Shown here: in pieces, positions 1-14,021 of the stretch
How positions within the stretch are numbered: position 1 is the stretch's first letter
Layout: each line of letters begins with the position of its first letter
Origin: Octopus sinensis
Taxonomy: Eukaryota
Assembly: GCF_006345805.1 (NCBI RefSeq)
Contig: NC_043014.1
Location: forward strand, 3,162,001 to 3,226,000
DNA: 64,000 nucleotides
Direction of reading: 5' to 3'
Made by a program: the position numbers and the translations under genes
The notes under the pieces: model-generated
The model's database searches: none
Told to the model about the DNA's origin: nothing
Seen by the model: the letters and a program-made list of their open reading frames with translations, nothing else

Positions 1-941
1 ACAGAATGTGAACATGTACACATATAGCATTACTATATATATCATCATCATATATATATACACACACAAAAAATATATGCAGACATAATATATATGTATA
101 TATAATATTATAATATTACTCTGTTTTCTCTAATCTGCACCCATTACTATATATATATTATACATACATATAAACATATACACATGTAATATTTTATACA
201 TGTATATATATTATACACACCACACATTTCTGTAATTTTCATATATATATATATATATATACATGCATAAATTAACATACGATACACACACATATAATAC
301 ATTATATATATATATATATATATATAGATATATATATACATATCAATACACAGACACACACATCATACCCACATATGTGTGCATGAGTGTGTAGATGGAT
401 ACATTCTCTCTCTTCACTGTTGGCTTAGTCACGAAGACTCCAAAATCGATTTTGCTATCACTGTCCACACACATTGTCCTGTGTATGGCTGGCTGAGCGT
501 AATAGCATCTAGAAGTGTGTTTAATATTCTGTGTGCCTCACTCAGCCTCATAATGAAACAACTACTGTTGCTGCTACTACTACTACTACTACCACCAGGA
601 AGTGAGTGATTGTCCAATAGACTCGAGTTGCCCAAGACCAACACCTCATTTAAACCGGTCGTTCTCAGCCATTTTCAGCCAATGGAACCCTTTGATTCTT
701 ATTTCACACAACTAGCGTCCCATGTTAAGGAAAGTCCCATTATATTTTGATAATCAAATATTATAAGGAATTGTATTAAAGAATTGTGTATCGTAGACGT
801 ATAAGCAATTTATTGCTCATAAGATTTAAGAAAAAAAAAAATCTCATATGGACGCCTCCCACCCACCCACCTACCAAAAGGGTCAGAATGAGACCCCGGA
901 TGGGAAGCATTAGTTTAAACAAGACAGGGCTAAAGAGGAGA

Positions 942-1090
942 CCGAGGTCGACTTTGCCTTTCTTTCATCCTTTCGGGGTTGATAAATTATGTACCAGTTA
1001 CGCACTAGGGTCGATGTAATCGACTTAATCCGTTTGTCTGTCCTTGTTTGTCCCCTCAGTGTTTAGCCCCTTGTGGGTAGTAAAGAAATA
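942..1090 (+). mobile_element. Nin-domain-like SINE (family B), 5'-truncated
   Basis: GCCTTTCTTTCATCCTTTCGGGGTTGATAAATTATGTACCAG core and TTTAGCCCCTTGTGGGTAGTAAAGAAATA tail; matches the longer copy at 51021-51247. Confidence 0.8.
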
Positions 1091-1909
1091 TATATATCTC
1101 CCCTTCACTCAGCTTCTTTCTTCTGGTCATTTCATCATGTTAAACCCATTAATCCCAACACATTTTTTCTCTCCCCCGATTTTTGTCCCCCTCGTCCCTT
1201 TTCTGTCAAAGAGCATAAACCCAAAACCGTCAAAGACTTTTCCATTCTTCCCGAGCCCCAAACTAATACACCTTCTTGTTGTTCCCTCCCATCTTTGTCT
1301 TTTGCTTTCTGTACATCAGAACTATATGTGAGTGTGTGTGTGTGTGTGGTGTGTGTAAGCATTAACAAATTCTAGGTGTATATATGTCTACACACACACA
1401 CATATATATATATAATATATATTAGTATATGCTGGTATATATAGGCATATTTATACACACATCTAGTTATACACATAGCATACTGTGTATATACATCTTT
1501 ATGTGCATGGATACACAAATACATAATTGCACTTATGTATGCACATATATAGATATGTACAAGTACATATGTGTATATGTATGTATGTGCATGTGTATAT
1601 ATATATATATGTGTATGTATACAATAGGGTATAACCATGACAATGGACTGATGTGAAATAAAAGAGATACAAAGAAAAAAAGCAGGTGTCAGCAATAAAA
1701 AGAAAAATTCAGCAAATGGCCACACCCTGAACAACACAAACACCACTACTGCCTTATTTCTCCCCCACCCTGGGTCCTTTCTTACTAAACTAACAGCTTT
1801 ACTACAGCTGCACACAATCATACAAAGTGATAATAGACAACAGGGATTAAATTGGCCACGGAGAACACCTGACTTTCTGGAAAGAAGGTACACACACACA
1901 CACACACAT

Positions 1910-1940
<31 letters not shown>

Positions 1941-2265
1941 TGCAGAGCTTTTGTTTTGAGAGTGAGGTCTGATTCCATGGCTGCTACTGTTGTCCATTCA
2001 CACAGAACCATCATGGAATTATCAAATAACGATAGCTCCTGTTAATATATTAAGAGTGTATATATACACCCGCATACATATATGTTCACGCATTCATATG
2101 CATATAAATATATATTCACACATACACACACACATGTACAAGTAATATTCTCGACAAGAATGAACTGGCCACACCCAATGTTCACCTTTCAAGAGAAATT
2201 GATTTAGTGTCTCATCTTCAAGTGTGTATGTGCATGAGCGTATATATATATATATATATATATAT

Positions 2266-2406
2266 CTTTATTGCCCACAAGGGGCTAAACATAGAGGGGA
2301 CAAACAAGGACAGACAAAGGGATTAAGTTGATTACATCGACCCCAGTGTGAAACTGGTACTTTATTTATTGACCCCGAAAGGATGAAAGGCAAAGTCGAC
2401 CTCAGC
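2266..2406 (-). mobile_element. Nin-domain-like SINE (family B), partial
   Basis: Reverse complement of the family B core and tail. Confidence 0.8.
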
Positions 2407-2508
2407 ATATACGCACACACACACACACATTTATGTATCCATATTATCATTTACTAGAGGTACATGTATAAAAAAAGTATACACACACATATATATATAC
2501 ACATATAT

Positions 2509-2634
2509 ATCCAGCTGTAGAAACACTGCCAGATCTGACTGGGCCTGGTGCAGCCTTCGGGCTTCCCAGACCCCAGTTGAACCGTCCATACCATGCTAGC
2601 ATGGAAAGTGGACGTTAAACGATGATGATGATGA
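2509..2634 (+). mobile_element. RTE-related 3' tail fragment ending in (GAT)n
   Basis: CATGCTAGCATGGAAAGTGGACGTTAAACGATGATG, the same terminus as the RTE LINE copies ending at 30193 and 60412. Confidence 0.8.
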
Positions 2635-2644
2635 TATATATACG

Positions 2645-2682
<38 letters not shown>

Positions 2683-3155
2683 CGCACATATAGGTGTAAG
2701 GTGAGAACATACAAATATTTGAGTAAAAACTAATTTATATTTTTTTTTAATTTGTGAATTAATAATTACAATAAATTAATGTGGAGTTAATTAAGTATTT
2801 AAAAAGCAGAAGCAAATTCTTGGGAAAAGTAAAAATGATGAAAGCCGATGAGTAATGATGAAGAGATGATGGTGTTGTGGGGGGGGGGATGAAGACGACA
2901 CTGGACGGATAATGGCTTTGACAGTGACATTGGTCATGCAACTAATGAGGATATTAACGATGATGAGGGAGATATTAATGACAATGATGATGACGCTAAT
3001 GATATGTTGATGCAATTGGTTAGCAACAAGACAGTTGGCAAGAAATATCTGCAACACACACAGACACACAGACACACAGACATACACACACACACACACG
3101 CAATGGCGACTGACTGTCCACATAGCTTTATAGTTGTCCACTCATTATGAATGAA

Positions 3156-3201
<46 letters not shown>

Positions 3202-3269
3202 GCCTCTGCTTCGTTTTTTTGACTCACTTGTTGCACACGATTCGTAATGTATGTATCTACAAATATATG

Positions 3270-3418
3270 TCTATGTATGTATATTATACACACTTCAATC
3301 TGTATGTGTGTATATATATATACATACGTACACATATATATATGTATGTATATATATTATACACACTTCTTTCTCTCTGTGTGTGTATATATATATATAT
3401 ATACATACGTACATATAC

Positions 3419-3454
<36 letters not shown>

Positions 3455-3653
3455 ATTATACACACTTCTTTCTCTGTGTGTGTGTGTATATATATATATA
3501 TACATACATACTCACATATATATATGTATGTATATTATACACACTTCTTTCTCTGTGTGTGTGTATATATATATACATACGTACATATACATATATATAT
3601 ATGTATGTATGTATATTATACACACTTCTTTCTCTGTGTGTATATATATATAC

Positions 3654-3684
<31 letters not shown>

Positions 3685-3760
3685 GTATGTATGTATATTA
3701 TACACACTTCTTTCTCTGTGTATATATATACATACATACATATACATGTATGTATGTATG
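3270..3760. repeat. Compound minisatellite (about 6 units anchored on TATTATACACACTTC) with TA/TG tracts
   Basis: Anchor motif recurs at roughly 75-100 bp spacing. Confidence 0.85.
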
Positions 3761-3941
3761 TATATATACACAAATACAACTTTTAAAAAATTTGTATAAT
3801 TTATGTATAATATTAAGAATAATTTTCAAAATGATGTGAATAAATATAAAAAATATAAATAAACATATATACACACAAACATATATATGTACATGTATAT
3901 TGTAAGCACATATTTTAAATATAATTTATATATATTCAATT

Positions 3942-3984
<43 letters not shown>

Positions 3985-3985
<1 letters not shown>

Positions 3986-4158
3986 TTTATTTAAAGCAGC
4001 AAAAAATTCAACAAAACCTGTTACTCGAGTTTCCCGGTAACTCAGAGTAACAGGTTTTGTTGAATTTTCTGCTGCTTTAAATAAAGCATATTACTCTACC
4101 ACTGGTATTTGAGTACTCTTTTTTCCAACCTTGTTTCACATTTATGTGTTTACTCCGG
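3985..4158 (+). mobile_element. Short PLE-like element end with fold-back inverted duplication and half hammerhead
   Basis: 3985-4033 is inverted relative to 4040-4086; 4040-4157 is the reverse complement of 33362-33480; flanked by (TA)n. Confidence 0.6.
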
Positions 4159-5200
4159 TATATATATATATATATATATATTTATATTCAAAATGTTACT
4201 TTCTATGAAAGGAACTGAAAACAGAGGGAGGGCACTGGTTGATTACATCAACCTGTGTTCTAGTGGTACTTATGTTATCGACTCCGAAATTCGACCACAA
4301 TGGAATTCGATCTCAGAATGTGAAGACAGATGAAACGCCATTAGGTATTTTGTCCAGCTCACCATCTTATCTATGAATGTGCAGACACACATATATATAT
4401 AAAATATGCATATTAAAAATTTTATATATATATATATAAAATATTAAAAAATTTCTAAATATATATATAAAAAATATAAAACCTTTTATTAAATATATAG
4501 GAACTATTAAAAAATAATATATATGTGTGTATGTATGTAGATATGCAGAAGTGTGTAAGTAATCCGCTATGAAGCTAGAAGTAATGGATGTGCACACATT
4601 CACACATTGTGTGCAACCGCCGCTTAATATGCACATACACACGCAATGCATGAAAGAGGACAATTTCAAAGCGAAACGAAGCAGACTGCACACCGGTGCA
4701 TCTGTCGATTTTTGCACCATCCCCACCACGACCACCATGATTACCAAGCAAAAAGTAACAGGCTCTCTAGCAGGTGTCTCCACCTGCCATCCTTTTTTTC
4801 TAAAAGTCTTTGATCATATGATTTAATGGAAGGGATGACCAGAGGCTGTACATCCTCCACGTTCTTATAAGTTCTCTTTCCCAAAATATTAGAAATAATT
4901 AAACCACTCACTAGTCTGCAGTTTTCTTTCTGCTTCCCACCACGACCACCACCAACAATTTCAGTTATAGTTGAGTTTTATCATCATCATCCCAGTGCCA
5001 TACTTGCATGTATTGGATGGTTTGACCGATTCAGATGGGCCCAAGAACTACACCAGGGTCCAGTGTATACCTTGTCATGGTTTCTATGACTAGATGCCCT
5101 TCCTAATGCCAAGTACAACAGTGTGCACACATGTGTGTGTGTATGTGTACATATATATATATATATACTTTATTTAAAAGCAGCAGAAATATAACAAAAG

Positions 5201-5238
5201 CTGTTACTCAGAGTTTCACATTTCCATTCATCGGACAG
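5201..5238 (-). ncRNA. Type I hammerhead ribozyme-like motif, U4C variant
   Basis: Minus strand reads CTGT-CCGATGA-ATG GAAA TGT-GAAA-CTCTGAG-TA-ACAG; stem I is CTGT/ACAG. Confidence 0.55.
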
Positions 5239-5248
5239 TTTTGTTAAA

Positions 5249-5287
<39 letters not shown>

Positions 5288-6482
5288 CACACATATGTAG
5301 TATACATTGAAGTGGTGTACAGATTTTATATTTAAATTTTAGAATTTAAAAATTCACCACACAGATACACACACATATATATATATATATATAAATTATG
5401 AATTTTCTGTAAGAAAGCATTCATAATGTAACCCCAAAAGGGATAAAGTACAAAATAGTTTTTATCCAAATTCTGCTTTTTTTTTTTAAATATATATATA
5501 AGATTAAATAAGGGTAGAAATTGATATTAATCAATTAATACCAGTGGCCTAGCATATTTTTAAAAAATCCGAACATTAAAAATTTTTTTACATACAAAAT
5601 TTAGAGGACTGACCACTAAAAATGGCGATTTTGACATCTATATCTAGCATACGGGCTGTCGACTTTTAGTGGTCAATCCTCTAAATTTTATAATATATAT
5701 ATATGTATATATATTAATTGCATTCTCTGCTGATCGATTCCTTAGATTCTCTCATACCTCAGCAGTAATACTCATTCTTTAACTACATTTAGGGAGTACC
5801 AAGAGCTAAAATAAATGGTCTTATGTGGGTAGATGTCAGAATGGAAAAGATAAAGGATTTGACAATCTCAAATTAATATTATAAAACAGGGATGAAAAAA
5901 GGATCTGCCATGATAGAAAATATAGATTCTAATTCATAAAATATTAGGGGACTGGTCAGAAATAAAGACGGTGGAAATGTATATATACATATAAATTTTG
6001 TGTCTATATTAATTTGCACACACACATATGAGCGGAAATTGAACTGGTGTGTTATACACAATATATATATATATTATATATATATATATATAGGATATAT
6101 AAAAATATAAAAAATTATATACATAATTGAAGGTGCGTGTGTGTGTGTGGTGTGTGTGTGTGTATAATGTTTGTTGTAATTACCTCAGATTGTCTAATAT
6201 TTGTCTAACCTAAATACCTTCTGGCAAGAACCATATATTTTTGAAGTATTTTTTCAGTTTTGTTAACTCCATTTGGTGTAACCTCAATCTTAAAGCACTT
6301 GAGACACTGCATGTAGCCTTAAGAAACTTATTTTTACTATCAGCATATTATTTTAATATAAAAATGTATATGAATGCAACACATGTGCACACACACACAC
6401 ACGCACATTCATATATATATATATTATATTTTTATTTTATCTAGTTTCAGCTCACGAGCTGTGGCCATGCTGGGGCACCGCC

Positions 6483-6518
<36 letters not shown>

Positions 6519-7422
6519 GTGAATGTTGGTCAAATCAAATTGAGTTTTGGTTGTGGGTACATAGGGTCTTTAAGTAAATTGAAACCGAAGAATATGAAGG
6601 AACATACGCATGTGCACACACATTGTGAGAATGTGTGTGTGGGAGGTTCTGTTGTAGGGTACGATGGTGGAGAGGGAGAAAATGAGAAACAGAATGAAAA
6701 GGGGGAAAAAGGGAAGAAGAGGGAGCGGTGAGTGTGTATATAATTTAACACATATATAAAGCATCATTTAATGTCATATATTATGTGTGTGTGTAATAAT
6801 GTACTCTAACTGATATACACCTATATACATAATTTATGTGTGTATGTATTTCGCCCTATACATACACGTTTGCTTGCACATTTCTTCCCAACATGGCTTT
6901 ATCTGAGCTAAAAAAAAAACTAGACATTTGAATAAAATATATTTATTTATTCCAAAACGATGATTCATTCATTTTACAAGTGATATTCGAGGTTTTCATT
7001 CAATGTATGCGATTCCATGGGATGTTCAGCTAAAAATTCTTGAGGACATTAACAGAGGATGAGGGTTTCAAATGAGGGTTTCAGATTGCTTTTAGAATAA
7101 AAATTGGAGGGGGGAAAAAAAAACTGGGTTTTTTTCTTATAACCTCTAAGAGCTGCGTGATGGTTTGGATTATTTAAAATGAAACTAAAGCCAATAATAA
7201 AAATGAATTTTTCTTTTTTCAAGTATATTTTTAATATATGGCTTACAATAGTGAAATGAGAAGTAAAGAGAAAGAATGAAAAGAAAATTTATGAAAAATT
7301 TGCAAAGGTTAGCAACAACCTGGATTAGCAAATTGGGACAAATGTGGAGGAAAAACCCAGTGGGCAATCTTAAATCGGTCTTTTTTCCAAGAACAAAAGA
7401 TTACCTCATATATATATATATA

Positions 7423-7457
<35 letters not shown>

Positions 7458-8147
7458 AATACATGTGTCTATGCACATATCTCTATATGTATATATATAT
7501 ATTTGTGGATATATAAATATATGTAAATATATATTATGTATGGATGGAATTATGTATGTATATATTCAAATGTTGGATATGGACAAGGAAGATAGTACTC
7601 AATACAGAAATGTGGAATATTAAGTTCATTGGTTATTCGAACTTGCTTCTGTGTCTCGTGACTCAAATGTCATGCCATCGTGATCTTTGGGTGGATTCTT
7701 ACCTGAAGATCATAATGGCACAAAACTCAAATTAAAAAAGAATATACACACACATATATATATATATGTATATATATATATATTGCAAAAAAAAATGAAA
7801 TATATAAGATTTTCATATTTTTACTTATGCTTTCCACGCTGGCATGGGTTGGAAGAGTCATCACAGTCAACTCACTGCCCACTAGGAGCTATTTTTCCCA
7901 AAGATTATACATACATTATATATATATAGATATAATATATATATATATATATATATAAAGTATGATTTGGAAAAGGAGACAGAATGACAAAGTGTAGAGG
8001 GGTATACAAGTTGAGAGAAAAGAGAGCGCGGGTGAGCGAGGGGGGGGCGTTAATTTTTATTAAAAACCCAGTTCAATCTTGATCCAGCCACTCGATCGAT
8101 CGCGATCACCATCTCCCCACCCACCCCCACTCCGCATCCCAGACATG

Positions 8148-8375
8148 GCGTATCTAGGATTACTCGATAATCCGATGTGTAACATCCTTCTAGAAGACGG
8201 CAGCGCGTGATTTGAAGGCAATTCAGCTACTGTTTCTAGCAAACCTAGTGGCCTGAGTATCGCGTATCTAGGATTACTCGATAATCCGATGTGTATATCC
8301 TTCTAGAAGACGGTAGCGCATGATTTGAAGGCAATTCAGCTACTATTTCTAGCAAACCGAGTGGCCTGTGTATCG
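8148..8375. repeat. Tandem duplication, 2 x 114 bp
   Basis: GCGTATCTAGGATTACTCGATAATCCG starts at 8148 and again at 8262, with few mismatches between units. Confidence 0.9.
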
Positions 8376-9065
8376 ACTTCCTTTAGGCAATTGCTCTCGG
8401 CTACATTTGTTACGTATGTCTATAGGTGAAAGAAACATTATACATACATTAGTAAACAAACACACCTACATATACACACACACACTTGTTGCTTTAACTA
8501 TGTTCTATGGAGGCGATGAACATTACTGACATACACGCACGAATCTGGCAGTGGAATGTCATTTAGCCCCGGGTCGGTGCTAACGAGACCTGCCGATGAT
8601 CAAAAGCATTCCAGCAGGTTTCATTTCGTCAGCACCCCGACACCTCACCAAATCTATCACGTACTATTTATTTACATAATTAAAAAAAAATCTTTTATCA
8701 TAAAAAGGCGGCAAGGTGCTTTTTTGAGGTAGAATTGGTAACTATTTCCAGCAAATCTACATCGACAAAACCAAAATCATATACACACACACACTCATGT
8801 GCATATATTACCAAGTACTGGACTACGTATGTATACATAAATGTGTATATATATATATTGTATATATACATATATACACCTATTCTAATGCACATATTAT
8901 CTGAGTGTATATATATATATACACGCGTTTGTGTATACATACATCTCCAAATAAGAAGCAGATTTCTATAAATACCACAGAATGTTTCAATTGTATATAC
9001 ACAAAAATATATATAAAAAAAAGCAATTATATTAAATTTTTTAAACCTGTCTCTAATTTCGAAGA

Positions 9066-9096
<31 letters not shown>

Positions 9097-9245
9097 GAAT
9101 TGAAATTACACATTTCGTAATTCCTTTGGATATAATTAAATAAAGTGTGTTTAGTTTATTATTTTTTCTTAATTAATTTAATTAATGTCTCGTGTGTTTT
9201 AAAGAGTGCCCAATTTAAGGCTTACCTCTGTGAGTATACACACAC

Positions 9246-9288
<43 letters not shown>

Positions 9289-9527
9289 TATACACACATA
9301 TATACACACACACATATATACACACACATATATACACACACATATATATACACACATATATATACACACATATATATACACATATATATATACACACATA
9401 TACACACACATATACACACACACATATACACACACACATATACACACACACATATACACACACACATATATATATATATAAATACATATATATATATATA
9501 TATATGCGCACACACACACACACACCG

Positions 9528-9561
<34 letters not shown>

Positions 9562-9831
9562 CGATATATATATACACACACACACACCGATATATATATA
9601 CACAGGTACATATTAATTTCTGTTGATTCACTGAGAACCGATAAATTACAGGACGCAGCGCGTAAGGTGCGCGTATACAGACGTAATATATACACCCATC
9701 TGTCCACCCATGAATGTATGTATATATAATATACACGATCACATGTACATGTGTGTGTTAGTAAAATTTAAAATGAGGGTGAGAAATTAGATATTAATTA
9801 GATATAATTTAATTAACATCGATTTCACGCC

Positions 9832-9963
9832 AGGGAAACCACCATGTGGACACCCTTATGCTAGAAATAGATCCGCTATGGTCTTACTATAGAGGATCTT
9901 CTTAGTGGTAAGACCATAGCGGATCTATTTCTAGCATATGGGTATCCACATAGTGGTTTCCCT
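9832..9963. repeat. Inverted repeat (about 56 bp arms) of the TAGTGG/TAGCATA family
   Basis: Arms at about 9832-9888 and 9908-9963; a related single arm lies at about 10826-10892. Confidence 0.75.
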
Positions 9964-10944
9964 CTAATGTGTGTGTGTTAGTAGGTAGAAGGTTACAAAG
10001 GTGACTCGAGGGCCGAGAGTTTCGTGCGTAGAACTTTATACATACTTATATATATATATAGACACACACACAAAGATATATATAAATCCATGCTTGTATA
10101 TTTAGAGAGAGAGAGACAGATAGAGGATGACATGGATGGGGAGAGAAACATCCAGGTGGACATCGGTGCAGAAGACCCAACGACGGAGCGAACCCTCTAC
10201 AAGGTCGGTCGGTCGGTCGCTGGGGGTCGATCGGCCTGCTAGAAACCGCAGCTAAATCACCCTTCAATCAAGCAACACCGTCCGAAACAACGAAGGACAC
10301 ACTGGGTAACGTAGTCCTAAGGATCTCACGCCTTCCTCCCCCCTCCCCTCAAATACAAGACGGGATGGTCATGGTTAGAACGCCTTTGATCGTAATTCTT
10401 CCTTCACATAACACACCTTTCTGTATGTGCACAGCTTATACACACACATGTACATATATATATATAAATTTATATACCCGAATACCCTAATTAGATACCC
10501 TGATTTATAATTATATATATATGTATACACACATGTAAAGTACATATGTATACACACACACATGTACAGACGTGTATATATATATATATATATCCACACT
10601 CATATGTGCATACACACATACCTATGTATATAAACACATGTATACAAGTACCTAGGTGTATACATACATACATAATTACATATACACACACGTTATACAC
10701 ACATATACATACATATATATATATTTTTTTGTAATTATTATTTCATCTAGTTTCAGCTCACGAGCTGTGGCCATGCTGGGGCACCACCAAATCTAAAATG
10801 CGGGTGAGAAATTAGATATTAATTAAGTGGTAAGAGCATAGCGGATCTATTTCTAGCATAAGGGTGTCCACCTAGTGGCTTCCCCTCTAATTAGTATCTT
10901 TACACGCGCATATTTATACGAAATTAAGGTTAACTGTTACTAAC

Positions 10945-10998
10945 CTGAATGCTGACAACGGCTAGGAGCCACAATCCAACAAAACCGACAGGCCTCAT
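10945..10998 (-). CDS. Putative first coding exon encoding a signal peptide (MRPVGFVGLWLLAVVSIQ)
   Basis: ATG with A at -3, basic residue then hydrophobic core, ends at a CAG|GTTAGT donor (phase 0), in apparently unique sequence; downstream exons not identified. Confidence 0.45.
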
Positions 10999-11104
10999 TA
11001 TGAAACAATCCTCCTCTCTTATGGTACAACACAGAGAAACAAATACACGGTGTTTATTCAATGGTCGCCGTTTAAAGATGAGAAAAACTAAGATGTCGCG
11101 CCTC

Positions 11105-11112
11105 TGACGTCA
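11105..11112. promoter_or_regulatory. Perfect palindromic CRE (TGACGTCA)
   Basis: Exact match about 107 bp upstream of the putative minus-strand ATG, in a locally CpG-containing stretch. Confidence 0.35.
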
Positions 11113-11149
11113 TCGGTTGCTTGCAATGGTGGTGGGAGTAGGGTGGATG

Positions 11150-12740
11150 GTAGCAGTGAGAGGAGGTGCGAGTTAGGTGGGAGACTGGAGTGTTGGCTGG
11201 TTCGCTGGTGGGTTGAGTAGGAGGAGGATAGTAAGGTTAATAGTGAGTGTGAGAGTGAGAGTGAGTGTGTGTGTGAGGGAAAGGGTAAGAAAGTGAGTGG
11301 GAGAAGAATAGTAAGGTTAATAGCGAGAGTGAGTGTGAGTGTGAGAGTGAGGGAAAGGGTAAGAAAGTGAGTGGGAGAAGAATACTAAGGTTAATAGCGA
11401 GAGTGAGAGTGAGGGAAAGGGTAAGAAAGTGAGTGGGAGAAGGTATGATTGGGAGTATAGGAGAGAGAAAGACAAATGTAGAAAGAGATAGAGAGACAAA
11501 TGCAGAAAGAAAAAGAGAGATAGAGGGAGAAGGTATGATTAAGAGTGAAAGAGAGAGGAAGACAAAATTAGAGAGAGGAGAAGTAAAGAAATATGAGTGA
11601 GAGTAAATGAGAGAGAAAGAAGAAATAATGAACGAGAAAGGAGAGTGTCAGAGTGAGAGCAAAGGAGAGACGATGACCAAAACAGAGAGGGAGAGAGAGA
11701 GAAGTACTGAAAGGTATGACTGAAAAGGGAGGAGTAGGAAGAGAAGAAAAATATAATGTGAAAATATTGAGAGAGTAGGAGGAAAAAATACTGAAAGAAA
11801 CGACTAAGGTTGATAGAGAGAGGGTAAAGGTTTATAGACAGATGGATAGATAGATAGATAGATAGATAATACAGGACAAGAAAGAAGGGGAGGTAGTGGT
11901 CAAGCGAGAAAGGGAGAGATAAGGAGAGAGTAAGGGGTGGGGAACATGGAATACTTTTATTCTTTTTCGGCGGACAGAAATGAATGAAAGTGCAGTGGGA
12001 AAGTGCGATAGAAGAAGAAGAAGAAGAAGAAGAAGAAGAAAAGAATGGAGGAAGAAGAGAGGGAAATAGCAAATGAAAGAGGGACAGTGAAAAAAATTGA
12101 ATGAATGAGAGAGAGAGGGTAGAAGAGAAGGAGAAAGAGTAAGAAAACTGCGGCAGACGGCGAAAAGAGGATGGCGAAGACAAAAAGGCAGCAGAAGCAG
12201 ACGACAGAGGAAGAGGAAGGGATAGAGTGAAAGATAGAAAGATATGATGTGGTGGGAGGATTGTGAAAGAGAGAAGAAAAAGAGAGAAAAATGAGTATTT
12301 ATTGAGAAGAATTTTGGCGGAAAAAGAGAAAGAAGTCGTGTGAGAGGTTGAGGAAGAGGAGCGAGGATAAAAGAAAGAGACTTAATATTGAGAGAGTGGA
12401 GGAAGACATGTTGAGGACGCTGAAGAATTGATGCAGACGATAAAAAAGAGAGAGGGTCAAAAAGATGGGAGAGGGGTAGAAGAAGAGAGAAAGGGTAATG
12501 TAGTAAGACAGAGGGGAAAGGCAAATAACAGAGATGGATAAACGGAGAGAAAGAGAGAGTAAGCGTGTAAATAGAGAAGAAGGGGAGGAAGCCACTAACG
12601 GTCTGAAACACTAAATGAATGACGGAGAAGGAGGCGTAGTGGGAGGAGAAGGACTTATCCGAGATGAATGGGGAGTAGGAGGAGAAGGAGGAGGTTGAGT
12701 TGAAGGAAAACATAAGAACAGCTCATTAACATAGAGGAGC
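11150..12740. repeat. Purine-rich (GA) low-complexity tract with internal tandem repeats (11230-11460)
   Basis: Strong A/G strand bias; repeated GAGGGAAAGGGTAAGAAAGTGAGTGGGAGAAG. Confidence 0.85.
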
Positions 12741-12774
12741 AACAATGAAGAAGCGAAAGATAATTATTACAACA

Positions 12775-12857
12775 CTATATATATATGTATATATATGTGT
12801 ATATATATATGTATATATATATACATATATTGATATATATATATATATTATATATAT

Positions 12858-12915
<58 letters not shown>

Positions 12916-13008
12916 TATAGGGCAGTGCCCCATAAATACCTCAGCCGGATATAAACAATAAAGAAATATAAAAGAGTATATATATATATATATAATATAT
13001 ATATATAC

Positions 13009-13051
<43 letters not shown>

Positions 13052-13280
13052 TAATATATATATATATACACACACACATATATAGATATATAATATATAT
13101 ATAATATATATACATAATATATATACATATATATATATATACATATATATATATATCATATATAATTAATATATGTATATATATATATATATATATATAC
13201 ATTATATATATATGATATATATTATGTATATATATATTATATATATACACATATATATATAATATAGGTGATGTGTAATA

Positions 13281-13349
<69 letters not shown>

Positions 13350-13364
13350 TATATGTATATATAT

Positions 13365-13410
<46 letters not shown>

Positions 13411-13594
13411 TATAATCAAGATATATATATATATACACACACACACATAGTATATATATATATACATATATATATACACATTATATATATACATATATAT
13501 ATATATACATATATATATATACATATATATATTAATATATGTATATAATATACCAATATATATATACATATATATATATATTAATATATATATG

Positions 13595-13628
<34 letters not shown>

Positions 13629-13670
13629 CATTTTATATATATAAATATATGTGATGTGTATATATCTATA

Positions 13671-13722
<52 letters not shown>

Positions 13723-13730
13723 TACATACA
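12775..13730. repeat. Long degenerate (TA)n microsatellite
   Basis: Direct inspection. Confidence 0.95.
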
Positions 13731-13848
13731 TGCACTTACATGTGTGCGAAAGGGTTACTTTAGCAACGGTGTTAAGAAGACCATTCACAAAAAGAAGGAC
13801 TCAATACATCTGAAAACACGGGACATATGCACCCATCCATCCATGCAT

Positions 13849-13914
<66 letters not shown>

Positions 13915-14021
13915 TGGCAGGAGATAAAGAAAATGGAAAATTATAAATTCAAAGACGAACTATATGATCGATAGATAGTGACAAGCAGACAGGCAGACAG
14001 ATAGACAGACAGACTGATAGA

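Noticed and set aside
654-915. Possible hAT-like MITE (CCGGTCGTTCTCAGCC ... GATGGGAAGCATTAG)
   Set aside because: The termini are too degenerate and no TSD is recognisable
7626-7702. Possible terminal coding exon on the minus strand (KNPPKDHDGMTFESRDTEASSNNQ*)
   Set aside because: It needs phase 1 while the candidate first exon ends in phase 0; no linking exon or homology was found, and the site could equally be a donor
8605-8635. CTGACGA-AAT-GAAA on the minus strand
   Set aside because: No stem II, no UH triplet and no stem I
9998-10025. GAAA-CTC..GAG-TC half hammerhead on the minus strand
   Set aside because: No CUGANGA upstream; it cannot be distinguished from chance
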